64,000 nucleotides of DNA from Candidatus Latescibacterota bacterium (GTDB lineage Bacteria; Latescibacterota; UBA2968; GCA-2709665). Numbering within the stretch: the first letter of the stretch is position 1; every line of letters starts with the position of its first letter. Made by a program: the position numbers and the translations under genes. Location: positions 2,464,001 through 2,528,000 of the forward strand of contig CBDDDZ010000005.1 of assembly GCA_965226795.1 (NCBI GenBank). Direction: 5' to 3'. Below are positions 49,324 to 59,614 of this stretch, one piece after another. Below the pieces are notes generated by a model. The model worked only from the letters and a program-made list of their open reading frames with translations, did no database searches and was not told the DNA's origin.

Positions 49324-49947
49324 ATGAGAGTCGAAATCAGCAGCCTTTCTACGCCGTACGAATTCCATTCGCCCAATGGGCGTCTGCTTTTCAGCATCGA
49401 GGAAGCCGTGCTCTCACACGAGCGCTTCGACGGCCGGATGAGCCACGCGGTCAAACGGGTGAATTTCAACCGGGGAGACAGCGTTTCCGTGCTCCTTTAT
49501 GCGGAGGATACCGACGAAGTCGTACTGGTCGAACAGTTCCGTTATCCCGTCTATGCGAGCGATCCCGAATCCGAACGGGGGGGCAACGGATGGATCCTGG
49601 AAACCATCGCGGGCGTGAAGGATGCCCGGGGGCCCGACGTCGCCAGGCGCGAATTGCTTGAAGAAACGGGATACGCGCTCAACGGCGCCCTGGAGCGTCT
49701 CACTACCATTTTCGTCAGCCCGGGCGGCACCTCGGAACGCGTCGAACTCTATCTTGCCCGCGTGAGCAGAGTGGAAGGCATCCGCAAGCACGCGGGGCTG
49801 GAGCCCGAAACTGAAGACATCCGCCCTCACACCATCCCCTTCGCAGAAGCCCTTCGCATGGTCGCAGACGGGCGCATCGTGGACTCGAAGACGATTGTCG
49901 CGCTCTATATGCTCAAAGAACGGTTGGACGCACGGCGCAAAACGTAA
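49324..49947 (+). CDS. NUDIX hydrolase (ADP-ribose pyrophosphatase/NudK-like)
   Basis: EQFRYP, AG..RRELLEETG Nudix box, SPGG.SE. Confidence 0.92.
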   Translation: MRVEISSLSTPYEFHSPNGRLLFSIEEAVLSHERFDGRMSHAVKRVNFNRGDSVSVLLYAEDTDEVVLVEQFRYPVYASDPESERGGNGWILETIAGVKDARGPDVARRELLEETGYALNGALERLTTIFVSPGGTSERVELYLARVSRVEGIRKHAGLEPETEDIRPHTIPFAEALRMVADGRIVDSKTIVALYMLKERLDARRKT

Positions 49948-49960
49948 GAGAACCAGACCA

Positions 49961-51406
49961 TTACAGAAGCCGCCCCTTCCGCACTCGCCGGGCTTCGGGG
50001 TACCGCGCGGCCAATGCCTCCACCGCACTCACGAATCCCTCGGCCTGCGCCTCGGCCATTCCAACAAAGCGCCCGCTCTCACCCACAATATCCTCAATCT
50101 CCCCTGTCGAAAGCGGGATTCGACAGTCATCGCCAAGCCGCTGTGCCAGGTCGTTTTTCTCCCGACCCGCTTCACGCATTTCCAGCGCCACGGCCACCGC
50201 GTGCTCTTTCAGCGCGTCGTGGACCCGTTCGCGCCCGGCGCCTCGCTGGACGGAAGCCATCAACAGCGTGGTTGTGGCCAGGAACGGCATATACCTCGTC
50301 AGTTCATTGCGTATGACCGCCTCGTACACGCCCATGTCGTCGAGTACGTGCAGCGTGGTTTCCAGCATACCGTCAAACGCGAAAATGGCGTCGGGCAATG
50401 CCACCCGCCGTACGACCGAGCAGGACACGTCGCCTTCGAACCACTGGTCGCCGACGAGCCCGCCGGCCATATGAACATATCCGCCCAGAAGCACCTGAAA
50501 CCCGTTGATCCGCTCGGCGCTGCGCGTATTCATCTTATGGGGCATGGCGGACGACCCAACCTGGCCCTTCGCAAACCCCTCGGTTGCGCTCTCCGCGCCG
50601 GCCATCAGCCGCAACGTGCGTGCCAGATTGGCCATACCTCCGCCCAGCTGGTAGAGACAGCTGACGACTTCGAAATCCAGACCCCTCGGGTAAATTTGTC
50701 CCACCGCATTCAACTCTCGTCCAAACCCCAGGTAGACCCGGACCTCCTCCTGAAGCGCTTCCAGCCTATCATGGTCGCCATTTACAAGTGTCAACTGGTC
50801 CAGCGCCGTCCCCACCGCACCCTTCAGCCCCCGTAGCGGATAATTTTCTACGAGATGTTCAAACCGGCGGAATGCGTGCAACATTTCCTCGCCGAACATG
50901 GCGAATCGCTTTCCTACCGTCGTCGGCTGTGCCGCCGCGTGGTGGGTACGGCCCACGATGGGCATCGACTTCCATTCATGCACCCTCTGGCTCAGGCGCA
51001 ACAGTATCGCCACGTACTTCGAAGCCAGGTACCGCAAGGAGCGCAGCACCTGGAACTGCTCCACGTTATCCGTCAGATCCCGGCTGGTCATGCCTTTGTG
51101 AATATGTTCGTGCCCTGCAAGTTCACAGAATTCCTCGATTCGTGCTTTAACGTCGTGCCGGGTCAGGGCTTCCCGGCGTTGTATGGAGGCCAGGTCCACG
51201 TGATCCACGACCCCTTCGTAGGCGCGAATCGCCTCTTCCGGCACATCCAGCCCCAGTTTTCGCTGGGCCCTCATCACCGCGATCCAGAACCGCCTCTCCA
51301 GCACGATTCGACCCTCTTCAGACCAGATCGCCTTGATTTCCGAACTCGCATACCGCCCGGCCAGTACATTCGGTATATTTTCCGCCATCTCTTGCCCTGC
51401 TTTCAT
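49961..51406 (-). CDS. purB: Adenylosuccinate lyase
   Basis: RYAS, TRHDVKA, HKGMTSRD, GRTH..AQPTT.GKR, GSSAMPHKMN. Exact start uncertain (51388-51430). Confidence 0.95.
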   Translation of the reverse strand: MKAGQEMAENIPNVLAGRYASSEIKAIWSEEGRIVLERRFWIAVMRAQRKLGLDVPEEAIRAYEGVVDHVDLASIQRREALTRHDVKARIEEFCELAGHEHIHKGMTSRDLTDNVEQFQVLRSLRYLASKYVAILLRLSQRVHEWKSMPIVGRTHHAAAQPTTVGKRFAMFGEEMLHAFRRFEHLVENYPLRGLKGAVGTALDQLTLVNGDHDRLEALQEEVRVYLGFGRELNAVGQIYPRGLDFEVVSCLYQLGGGMANLARTLRLMAGAESATEGFAKGQVGSSAMPHKMNTRSAERINGFQVLLGGYVHMAGGLVGDQWFEGDVSCSVVRRVALPDAIFAFDGMLETTLHVLDDMGVYEAVIRNELTRYMPFLATTTLLMASVQRGAGRERVHDALKEHAVAVALEMREAGREKNDLAQRLGDDCRIPLSTGEIEDIVGESGRFVGMAEAQAEGFVSAVEALAARYPEARRVRKGRLL

Positions 51407-51419
51407 TTCCTGGCGATTC

Positions 51420-52478
51420 TCAGTTGTCACTCGACGGTTTGGTAGGATCCGGATGTGCCGGCTTCAAATCCAGCATCTCATCCGCATACGCGAACAATGC
51501 CGGCGTGCCCCCGGTATGCACAAAAACCACCGTCTGGCCCGGTTTCCATTGTCCCTCACGTATATGCCGGACCATCGCCCCGAACGCCTTGCCGGTGTAT
51601 ACCGGATCCAGAATCAGCGCCTCGGTACGCGCTGCCAGCACCACCGCTTCCCGGCTCGCATCCGTCAACGTTCCATACGCCTCGCCCGCAAAAGCACCGT
51701 AGCTCTCGAAATCGGCACCGGTAAACGACAGGTCCAGCGCGAGCATCTCCGCCACCGTGTTTGCCACCCGGGCGAGAAAGGCCGCATCTTTTTCGTCATC
51801 CTGGGGGCTCGGGCTGATCCCTACGACACGGAGCGGTACGCCCAACGCCCGTGCGCCCACGACCAGTCCCACATGCGTGTGCACCCCCGAACAGACGTAA
51901 AGGCCATCGGGATGAATCTCCCGTTCCTGCAGCTGTTCCCACAATTCCAGAAACCCGTCGACGTAAGCTATGCTTCGCAGGTGATATCCGTCCGTGCTCG
52001 TATTGTAGACCCTTTGACCCGCGGCCTTCAGGCGCTCGATGACCCGCTCTTTCTCTTCGGGACGGTCTACGAGGTGGACCTCCGCTCCGAAGAGATGATC
52101 CAGCAGCAGGTTTCCGTTCACAGGATGAGAATGCCCGTCCTTCCGGCCGACCATGACGGCCTTGAGCCCGAAACGAGCCGCCATCGCCGCGGTCAGGCGA
52201 GACTGATTCGACTGGGACGCCGCCCCGTGCAACAAAACGTCGTAGCCCTCCCGGATCGCCGGCGCACACGAAAACTCGAACTCCCGTACCTTATTGCCGC
52301 CGAAGGCCATGCCCGTCTGATCCTCCCTCTTGACCCAGATGCGGGGTCCCCCCAGCTTTTCCGAGAGCCTCGGACATTCCAGGAGCGGCGTGGGAAGGTC
52401 CGCCAGCGACAGACGCGAAAAACGCGCCAGGCGCTTCTTTAACGCTTCGGCTGTAACCACAGGATTCACGACCGCCAT
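51420..52478 (-). CDS. D-cysteine desulfhydrase / ACC deaminase family PLP enzyme
   Basis: KREDQTG.AFGGNKVR, QSN, LDPVYTGKA, HTGG. Confidence 0.9.
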   Translation of the reverse strand: MAVVNPVVTAEALKKRLARFSRLSLADLPTPLLECPRLSEKLGGPRIWVKREDQTGMAFGGNKVREFEFSCAPAIREGYDVLLHGAASQSNQSRLTAAMAARFGLKAVMVGRKDGHSHPVNGNLLLDHLFGAEVHLVDRPEEKERVIERLKAAGQRVYNTSTDGYHLRSIAYVDGFLELWEQLQEREIHPDGLYVCSGVHTHVGLVVGARALGVPLRVVGISPSPQDDEKDAAFLARVANTVAEMLALDLSFTGADFESYGAFAGEAYGTLTDASREAVVLAARTEALILDPVYTGKAFGAMVRHIREGQWKPGQTVVFVHTGGTPALFAYADEMLDLKPAHPDPTKPSSDN

Positions 52479-52593
52479 TCGATCACCTTTCGTTCACCCG
52501 GTCCATGCGGTAGATTCACGCGACATTGCTATTCGGCAGGAAATATAGTTTTCCGGAACATCAGACGCAACGACTATCCCGGAGCGACCATTC

Positions 52594-52624
52594 AAAACCC
52601 CGCCGGCGAAAGGCCAGCGGGGTT
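52594..52624 (-). terminator. Intrinsic terminator after arsC-like gene
   Basis: AACCCCGC..GCGGGGTTTT on the minus strand. Confidence 0.55.
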
Positions 52625-52664
52625 GAATTCTGAAACCCGTCGCCGCGGGTTCCTTCAACGTCCG

Positions 52665-53015
52665 TCAGAGAATCTCGAGCACGTTTTCCGGGGGCCGACC
52701 CAGCCTGGCCTGGTTGCCTCTGATGACGATCGGCCGTTCGATCAGGACCGGATGCCTTGTCATCGCACGGATCAGCGCCGTTCGATCGTTCGTCTTTTCT
52801 TCGAGGCGAAGCTGGCTGTATTCATCTTCCTTCGTTCGGACCAGATCCGCAGGCCGGATACCCAGCATTTCCACAATACCGGAGAGTGTCTCCTCGTCGG
52901 GGGGCGTTTTCAGGTACTCGATAATTCTCGGCTCTATACCACGATCCTTCAAGAGCTCTAACGTCTGCCTGCTCTTGCTGCACGCCGGGTTATGGTAGAT
53001 CACAACTTCGCTCAC
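52665..53015 (-). CDS. arsC: Arsenate reductase (glutaredoxin-type ArsC family)
   Basis: YHNPACSKSR, YLKTP, LIERPI, GRPPE. Confidence 0.9.
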   Translation of the reverse strand: MSEVVIYHNPACSKSRQTLELLKDRGIEPRIIEYLKTPPDEETLSGIVEMLGIRPADLVRTKEDEYSQLRLEEKTNDRTALIRAMTRHPVLIERPIVIRGNQARLGRPPENVLEIL

Positions 53016-53042
53016 GACGACCTCCTTCGTTTCACTGGTCTT

Positions 53043-54746
53043 TCAGGGAATCACCGGCAGGATCACCCGGGATGGACGGCACGCGTCGTGGAAAATCCTT
53101 TGATGCGCCGTCTGCAGAACCGTGTCGCGGTAATCGTCACCACCGGTATTGTGGTTCCGATCGAAATTCGGAAAATCGCTGCTGGAAATATCCAACCGAA
53201 TCCGGTGACCCTCCCTGAAGAGATTGCTGGTCGGATTCACCCGAATCGTGTATTCGTAGACCCTCCCGGGTTCAATCAATGACGGATTGTCAAAGGACTC
53301 GCGATACCGCGCACGTACAATTCCATGACACAACTCCTGAACAAATCCGTCCGGCCAGACATCCATCAGCCTGGCGACAAAATCCGTATCCCGAGCCGAT
53401 GAAGACGCAAAAAGACGCACTTCGACCGGTCCGGTCACTTCCATCGGGGTCCTCAGCGGAGACGTCGTATACACCATCACGTCGCGCCGACCGTCCAGTG
53501 CCCGCTGGTCAATGGGCGCGTGCTGTCCACCCGGGGTGTACAGGGTCATCACCGGATCCCTCGGATCGTAACCGTACGAATCCGGTTTTTCTTCTTCTGG
53601 CGCCTCCCGGGACAGCCATCCCGCACCAGCGGGCAGATCCGCGTGGCCCGAACTGTGCAGATAGAACGTCGTATATACTGTACGTTGCAGCGGCCACTCC
53701 CGCTCGCCGCGCCAGGTATTGGCCCCCATCACGAAGAGTTGCAGCGGGGCCCAGTCTACGGCCTCGCTCCGCTCCCCTTTCAGCCAGCGCGAGAACCACG
53801 CATCCGCGATATCGTAAAAGTCCCTCGTGGCTTCCGGGCCGAAGTCCACCTCACCCACGTGGCGGCCCAGATCCAGGAGCGTGTGGGTCCACGGCCCGAT
53901 TATCAGGTACTGATTCTGCCGGGCGCGTACACTCCCGCCGTTTTTCCGCATGCCCGTAAAATGCCTGAATATACCGATCTGCTGATCGTACCACCCCGCC
54001 GTACCCAGCACGGGTACACCCACCCGGCGGTGTTTCTCCCGGAAGCCGAAATGGTCCGTGGCATGGTCCGCGAGCCAGCGCCGCCAGTGCCTGCCCATTC
54101 CCGGCATGGCATCCTCCGGGATATCCATCAGCGGCAAATACCACAGCCATTTGCTGCGGTCCCTTTCCTGCCAGAGCCGGGATGCGTCCTCCTTGGCTTT
54201 CTCTTTCCACGAATGGCCAATCCGGTGCGCGGTATCCACCGAAAGATTGTTTATCGTCCAATCGATTACCCTGCCAAGGCGCAGCACCCCGCACAACTCC
54301 CTGTCCAGCAGATTTGCCGCGATCCCCCCCGCCAGCATCGCCACCAGATTGGGTGGTCGTGTATGGGCAAGTTCCCACTGCAGCCATCCGTCGTACGAGT
54401 TTCCGAACGTGCCCACCCTGCCGTCGGACCAGGGCAGGCCCGCGGCCCACCCCACCGTATCGTACCCGTCTTCAGAATCCCGGTGATCGGAACTATAGAA
54501 CCCCGGCTGAAAATCGCCATCCGACGCATACCGTCCACGCACGTCCTGTATCACCACGACATAACCGCGTTCAGCCAATTTCGGTCCGATCTCCAGTTGC
54601 TTCTCCGCTGCCTTGTCGTAGGGCGTGCGGCAAAGCAACACCGGAAACCGCCCCTGCGTGTCCGGCCGATATGCATCCGCTCGCAGCACCGTGCCATCCC
54701 GCATCACTGCCTGTAGATCCCTGTCCTTCACGGTTGGGTAAGACAT
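53043..54746 (-). CDS. CocE/NonD family hydrolase
   Basis: MRDG..L.AD, RTPY, QDVRGRYASDG, GNSYDG, GWYD, GPWTH, SSSDFP.FDRN.NTG. Confidence 0.95.
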   Translation of the reverse strand: MSYPTVKDRDLQAVMRDGTVLRADAYRPDTQGRFPVLLCRTPYDKAAEKQLEIGPKLAERGYVVVIQDVRGRYASDGDFQPGFYSSDHRDSEDGYDTVGWAAGLPWSDGRVGTFGNSYDGWLQWELAHTRPPNLVAMLAGGIAANLLDRELCGVLRLGRVIDWTINNLSVDTAHRIGHSWKEKAKEDASRLWQERDRSKWLWYLPLMDIPEDAMPGMGRHWRRWLADHATDHFGFREKHRRVGVPVLGTAGWYDQQIGIFRHFTGMRKNGGSVRARQNQYLIIGPWTHTLLDLGRHVGEVDFGPEATRDFYDIADAWFSRWLKGERSEAVDWAPLQLFVMGANTWRGEREWPLQRTVYTTFYLHSSGHADLPAGAGWLSREAPEEEKPDSYGYDPRDPVMTLYTPGGQHAPIDQRALDGRRDVMVYTTSPLRTPMEVTGPVEVRLFASSSARDTDFVARLMDVWPDGFVQELCHGIVRARYRESFDNPSLIEPGRVYEYTIRVNPTSNLFREGHRIRLDISSSDFPNFDRNHNTGGDDYRDTVLQTAHQRIFHDACRPSRVILPVIP

Positions 54747-54818
54747 TCGCGTATTCCCGTTCTCCGTGTCCGCTAGCCTCGATGGAGGAAGCCGGAGGCG
54801 CCTTAATTCTGTCGAAAA

Positions 54819-56618
54819 TCAGGCCAGCGCCCAGACCAGCACGGTGGTGTCGGCGGATCCGGACAACATCCACCGCCCGTCCGGGCTTGCAATCACCGCG
54901 TGGACGGCCCCCTCGTGCCCCGCGAATTCGGCTGCGGGGCTGGCGGAATCCCGCTTCCAAACAACCACCCTGCCATCCTGCCCGGCCGAACATACCGCCC
55001 CGTCGGACAGACAAAGGACGTCTTCCACTGCGTCTCCATGCGCGAATGAACGCAACTCCCGCCCTTCCCGAAAATCCCACTCAACCATCCAGCCGTCCCG
55101 GCCCGCGGAGATCACGCGGCCATCCTGCGTACAGGCCACGGCCTGGACCCAACCCCGGTGCGCGGACGCCGTCACCTTCAACTCCCCCGTCGCCAGACGC
55201 CAGACCCTTACGGTGCCGTCCCGTCCGCCGCTCACGACATCTCGGCCGTCCGGCGAGACAGCCAGCGCCAGGACGCCGCCCAAATGCCCTTCAAGGGTCC
55301 GAATAGCCCGTCCAGCGGAGGCATCCCACACCCGGACCGATCCGTCGTCGGCCGCGCTCACGACTTCACCGGAACCCGCGAAGGCCACCGCCCTAACATA
55401 CCCGCGGTGCCCTTCGAATGTGTGGACGCGTTTTCCGGTCGCGCACTCGAGAACCCGGACGCCGCCATCCTTGCACCCCACGGCAACCCGGGCGCCGTCG
55501 GGAGAAACCGCCAGCGCGTGGACCTCGCCACCCGGACACTCGACCGTTCGCGTTGTCGTCCATCCGTGCGTCTCCCACCATCGGATGGTCTTGTCGGTTG
55601 ACCCGGAAATTGCCATGGATCCATCGGGCGTGACAGCAACGGCCTGCACGCCGGCCATGTGCCGTTCCCACTGCAAGCGGGGCCGCCCCGTTGCCAGGCT
55701 GGTCTCCGCAAGCAATGCATCGCTCCCATGAGAAAGCACCCATTCTCCATCGGGCGATACCCGGATTCGGTTCACATGGCTCTGATGGGGGTACCACCGC
55801 TGCACGACTGTGGCCGTTTTGCGGTCCCATAGCCGGATCGACCCGTCCCGCGACCCCGTCAATGCATGCCGGTTGTCCCGGGCATAGGACACGGAAGGTA
55901 CTGCGTGCCCCAGGTGCCCCGTAAAGGTCTCCAGACATTCGTAATCACGCAGGCGCCACTCGTTCGACTTGTGGCGCGTGCCCACCAGCAGCCGCTCCGT
56001 ATCCGCGGACAGGCACATATCGTAGCAGACGTAATCCTCCACGAAAACCTTCAGACGCGCGCCTGTCGTCAGGTCGTAGTGGTAGACACTGTGGCCGGGC
56101 TGGTGGGCCACCAGCGCCGTCCGTCCGGCCGGCCCGTACAGGCAGAGATTGAAGTGCTCGTCCGCATCCGAAATGGCAATACGCCGCCTGCCCGTCTCCC
56201 GGTCCCACTCCTCCAACGCGGACGTTCCCCCGTCCAGGGTCAGCACCCGGGTCTCGTCAGGTGAATAACACAATGAGACGAGCGTCGTCCGTCCCGTGTC
56301 AAGGCGGCCTACCTCGCGCGTGTTGTCGGTCAGGCTCCATTCTCTAAGCACACCCTCCTCATCGGCGAACAGCAACTTCGACACGTTGCGGTTCCAGGCT
56401 GCGGCCGTCAGCCGATGCCTGGACACACGGTGTTTTGCAATGCAGTTGCCCTTTAGCAGATCCCAGATGCAGAGGTATTCCCCCGAAAGCACGAACGTCT
56501 GCCGGCCGCTGGCGGAGTAGGCCATGTCGGTCACCGACCCCCGCATTCGCCGGGTTCCCAGACGCTGAACAGCGCCATCGGGCAATGGATCGCCGAGGTG
56601 GTCCTTTCGACTGTTCAT
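54819..56618 (-). CDS. WD40 repeat protein
   Basis: D..GDPLP.GA..RLG leader, multiple GH...WD repeats; ATGA overlap with the upstream gene. Confidence 0.9.
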   Translation of the reverse strand: MNSRKDHLGDPLPDGAVQRLGTRRMRGSVTDMAYSASGRQTFVLSGEYLCIWDLLKGNCIAKHRVSRHRLTAAAWNRNVSKLLFADEEGVLREWSLTDNTREVGRLDTGRTTLVSLCYSPDETRVLTLDGGTSALEEWDRETGRRRIAISDADEHFNLCLYGPAGRTALVAHQPGHSVYHYDLTTGARLKVFVEDYVCYDMCLSADTERLLVGTRHKSNEWRLRDYECLETFTGHLGHAVPSVSYARDNRHALTGSRDGSIRLWDRKTATVVQRWYPHQSHVNRIRVSPDGEWVLSHGSDALLAETSLATGRPRLQWERHMAGVQAVAVTPDGSMAISGSTDKTIRWWETHGWTTTRTVECPGGEVHALAVSPDGARVAVGCKDGGVRVLECATGKRVHTFEGHRGYVRAVAFAGSGEVVSAADDGSVRVWDASAGRAIRTLEGHLGGVLALAVSPDGRDVVSGGRDGTVRVWRLATGELKVTASAHRGWVQAVACTQDGRVISAGRDGWMVEWDFREGRELRSFAHGDAVEDVLCLSDGAVCSAGQDGRVVVWKRDSASPAAEFAGHEGAVHAVIASPDGRWMLSGSADTTVLVWALA

Positions 56619-57670
56619 GTCCCTACCCTCTGATTCGCGACCAGCCGGCCGTCGGGCCCCAGGAGGTTTCGGAACACCCGTGTATTTCCCCCGGCTCGCG
56701 CCACGTTGTCGGGCAGCGCGCTGAGACATCGGTTGTGGTGAATGCGGGCATCCTGACTGGGCACGCCCCGGATCACCACGCTGCGCACGTCCTGCGCTAT
56801 AAACGTATTGTGATGAATATCCATCCAGTCGCCGGAGATAACGGTTGCGTCTCCCCGATCCTGCCCGCCGTGCATGTCGAAAAGGTGGCCGTTGGCGTGT
56901 TCCAGGCAGATATTGTAACGCGCTTCGTAGGCGGAACCGGGTGATCCGCTGGATGCGATGTGGTGCCTGCACCAGTCAAACAGATTCGCCTCAATCAGCA
57001 CATCGGCGCCGTTGATGCTGACGCCGTACCCCAGGCCGCCTTTCTGATTGTGGTGGATGAAGTTGTGGTGCACGTATCCTCTGCACGCACCCGCGTCGAA
57101 CCGGGTCGCCGCCACGCTGAAACCGCTGATTTCGCAATTGTCGATCTCCAGCGCGAAGTGGGACGTGATGATGCCGTATGATGAATGCGCCGCCCGATCC
57201 CGGTGGGGGTAGGGGCCACGAATACGCAACCCCGTTACACGGACGCGGTCCCCCGCCGTTTTGACAAGAAACGGCGTATCCAGCGCGTTGGAATAAATCA
57301 TGCCTCCTGCAGAACCGCCTGCGCCCCGGTCTCCGGCCAACGTTACCGCTTCCGGAATCTCCAGACCCTGCCGGCCGCCCGTATCGATCTCGGCATCTCC
57401 CGGTACGAATACCACGTCGCCCGCCACCGCACCTTCCAGCGCCAGCGCCAGTTCCTGGTAACTGCGGACGGAACGGTCGCCGGTCTTGAATCCGTCCGTG
57501 TAGCCTTCGCCGCCGCCGATCGGATTTCCCGTGGGATTGTGTTCGGCGCCAAATGTCTCCGCGCCACACTCCAGATTCGCCTCGCTCGCCCATCGCGCCG
57601 TGCGCGCCGTGAAGATCCCGCCGCCCGACGTTCTCGCGATCCAAACCACAAAAACACCTCCAATCTTCAA
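56615..57670 (-). CDS. Right-handed parallel beta-helix protein
   Basis: PIGGG.GY, HHNFIHHN, GYGV, EAN.FD..RH.IA motifs; start uncertain. Confidence 0.72.
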   Translation of the reverse strand: MKIGGVFVVWIARTSGGGIFTARTARWASEANLECGAETFGAEHNPTGNPIGGGEGYTDGFKTGDRSVRSYQELALALEGAVAGDVVFVPGDAEIDTGGRQGLEIPEAVTLAGDRGAGGSAGGMIYSNALDTPFLVKTAGDRVRVTGLRIRGPYPHRDRAAHSSYGIITSHFALEIDNCEISGFSVAATRFDAGACRGYVHHNFIHHNQKGGLGYGVSINGADVLIEANLFDWCRHHIASSGSPGSAYEARYNICLEHANGHLFDMHGGQDRGDATVISGDWMDIHHNTFIAQDVRSVVIRGVPSQDARIHHNRCLSALPDNVARAGGNTRVFRNLLGPDGRLVANQRVGT

Positions 57671-57684
57671 CTCCGGCCAGCCAT

Positions 57685-58866
57685 CTAATCCTCCACGCCA
57701 CAATAGTTCATCGCCATGAGCGCATAGACTTTCGCGGCCGCCTCGATACGCGCCACCGACACCCACTCGTTATCGGAATGGGCCGTCTCATTCGACGGAC
57801 CGTAGTAGAACGTGGGGACCCCTGTCTCGTTCATATAGATGTTGGCATCGCCGACCAGCCGTCTTCCCACGTAGTCGACGTCCTCCCCAACCACATCCCG
57901 GTGGGCTGCGGCCACCGCCCGAACGGCCGGATCGTCCCGTGGTGTCTCGAACGGCTCCCGCTGGAGCGCCATGTCGACGGTAAGCTTCAATTCTCCGGCC
58001 CTGGCATACGGCTCGGCCAGCGATTCCAGTTCAATCAGGACCGAAGACATCGTCTTTCCTGGCAGCCACCGCCGCGTCCCCGTAAGCACGCAGCGGCCCG
58101 GCGTCCGGTTGAAGTAGTCGCCCGCGTGTACGATGCCCAGATCGATCCGCTCAGGCCCGGCCAGCGGATGTACGTCTCCGGCATCCAGTTCCCGCTGCCG
58201 ATCCGTTATTCTCCGGATCAGGTCTCCCACATGGCGGATGGGGTTTTCAGGGAACGGCACGTAATTGGTATGGGTGCCGCCCCTTTCGGAAGTCAACGTG
58301 ATTGTAAACACCATCGACCCCATACTCATCACCCAGAGTTCGTCTCCACCCTCCACGATGAGAATGCGGTCGCATTTGATCCGTCCGCTATTCACGTCCG
58401 CCACGAGCGCCAGAGGGCCGTCTTTCTCCGCTTCCGGCTCCTCGTGGCCGACCACGCCGCTGACCAGAAGGTTGCCTTTGAGACGAACTCCGGACTCCCG
58501 CAACGCCTTTGCCGCACCCAGCATGGCGGCTACGCCACCCTTCATATCCGTTGAACCCCGCCCATAGATGCGGTCGCCCTCCCGCCGCACCGGGGTGCAG
58601 TCGCCGATGGGAATCGTATCCAGATGTCCATTCAGCAGCAGCGCCGGTCCGTCGTTTACGCCCCGGATCCCGGCGTAGAAATTCCGCCGTCCCGGCGTCA
58701 CTTCGTGTGTGTCCACGGCGAGCCCCAAACCGGCCAACTGCGCCTCGAAACAGGCGCAGACTTCCGCTTCCTCACCCGTCACGCTGGGAATTTCGACCAG
58801 TTTGAGGGCCTGCTCGGCCATCCACTGCCCGTCAATTGCATTCAGAACCGCCTCTCTGGCACCCAT
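57685..58866 (-). CDS. M20 family peptidase/deacylase (ArgE/DapE-like)
   Basis: NGHLDT, GRGSTDMKGG, EE, AHS.NE. Confidence 0.9.
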   Translation of the reverse strand: MGAREAVLNAIDGQWMAEQALKLVEIPSVTGEEAEVCACFEAQLAGLGLAVDTHEVTPGRRNFYAGIRGVNDGPALLLNGHLDTIPIGDCTPVRREGDRIYGRGSTDMKGGVAAMLGAAKALRESGVRLKGNLLVSGVVGHEEPEAEKDGPLALVADVNSGRIKCDRILIVEGGDELWVMSMGSMVFTITLTSERGGTHTNYVPFPENPIRHVGDLIRRITDRQRELDAGDVHPLAGPERIDLGIVHAGDYFNRTPGRCVLTGTRRWLPGKTMSSVLIELESLAEPYARAGELKLTVDMALQREPFETPRDDPAVRAVAAAHRDVVGEDVDYVGRRLVGDANIYMNETGVPTFYYGPSNETAHSDNEWVSVARIEAAAKVYALMAMNYCGVED

Positions 58867-58867
58867 T

Positions 58868-59599
58868 TCAGACCTCGCCGCACGCACGGACGAACGCGTC
58901 CGACGTGGAAGTATACCCGACATTGGCTTCGATGAATCGAATCCCGAAAAAATTCGACCAACCTTCCACCTCGGTTTCCGGGTATTCTGTGGTACTACAG
59001 CAATCCCGCAGCACGATAACGCGGTAATTCCGGTACATCGCCTCGGTTACCGTGGTCCCCAGGCAAATCCGCGTGTCGAACCCGACCGTTACCAGGTTGT
59101 AAATCCCCAGGCTGCGCAGCTGCGAGTCGAGGTGTGTCTCAAAGAACGCGCTGTACATCTGTTTTTTTACCAGGTAATCATCGGCATCCGGAGCGATCAC
59201 GCTGGAAAACGCGAGGATATCGTTGGGGTCCGGCCAAGTCGCCAGCACGTCCACACCGCATGTCCGGATTGACATATTGCGCCACTCCGTCCGTTCATTG
59301 GTTGAGGGCGCCAGATAGTTCGTCACGTAAACGACGGGCAGTCCGAGGCGTTTGGCCGCGTCTTTGGCCGGCCGGATGTGTTTTACCACAATCTCCCGGT
59401 TTTTTTCCACGGCAGCGCGATACAACTCCGGTACATCCCCCGGATCGTGGTCGGGGTCGAATCCCTTTCCGTAGACATCCACGAGAAGAAACGCCGTATT
59501 GTCCATGCCCAGCGCCAGCTCTTCCTCCGCGTGCCCCAGATGCCGGCCGGGCGGATGCTGCCGGTAATACCTGCCTCTCAATCGTATCTTTTTTGACAT
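58868..59599 (-). CDS. Isochorismatase/cysteine hydrolase family protein
   Basis: LLVDV, K..YSAFF.T.L, GFDTRICL..T, DC triad motifs. Confidence 0.88.
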   Translation of the reverse strand: MSKKIRLRGRYYRQHPPGRHLGHAEEELALGMDNTAFLLVDVYGKGFDPDHDPGDVPELYRAAVEKNREIVVKHIRPAKDAAKRLGLPVVYVTNYLAPSTNERTEWRNMSIRTCGVDVLATWPDPNDILAFSSVIAPDADDYLVKKQMYSAFFETHLDSQLRSLGIYNLVTVGFDTRICLGTTVTEAMYRNYRVIVLRDCCSTTEYPETEVEGWSNFFGIRFIEANVGYTSTSDAFVRACGEV

Positions 59600-59614
59600 C
59601 GACGCCTCCTGCGG

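Noticed and set aside
57667..57684. Selenoprotein read-through of ATG-GCT-GGC-CGG-AGT-TGA
   Set aside because: Read-through continues in a frame with no recognisable protein, not in the beta-helix frame; no Cys-homologue context.
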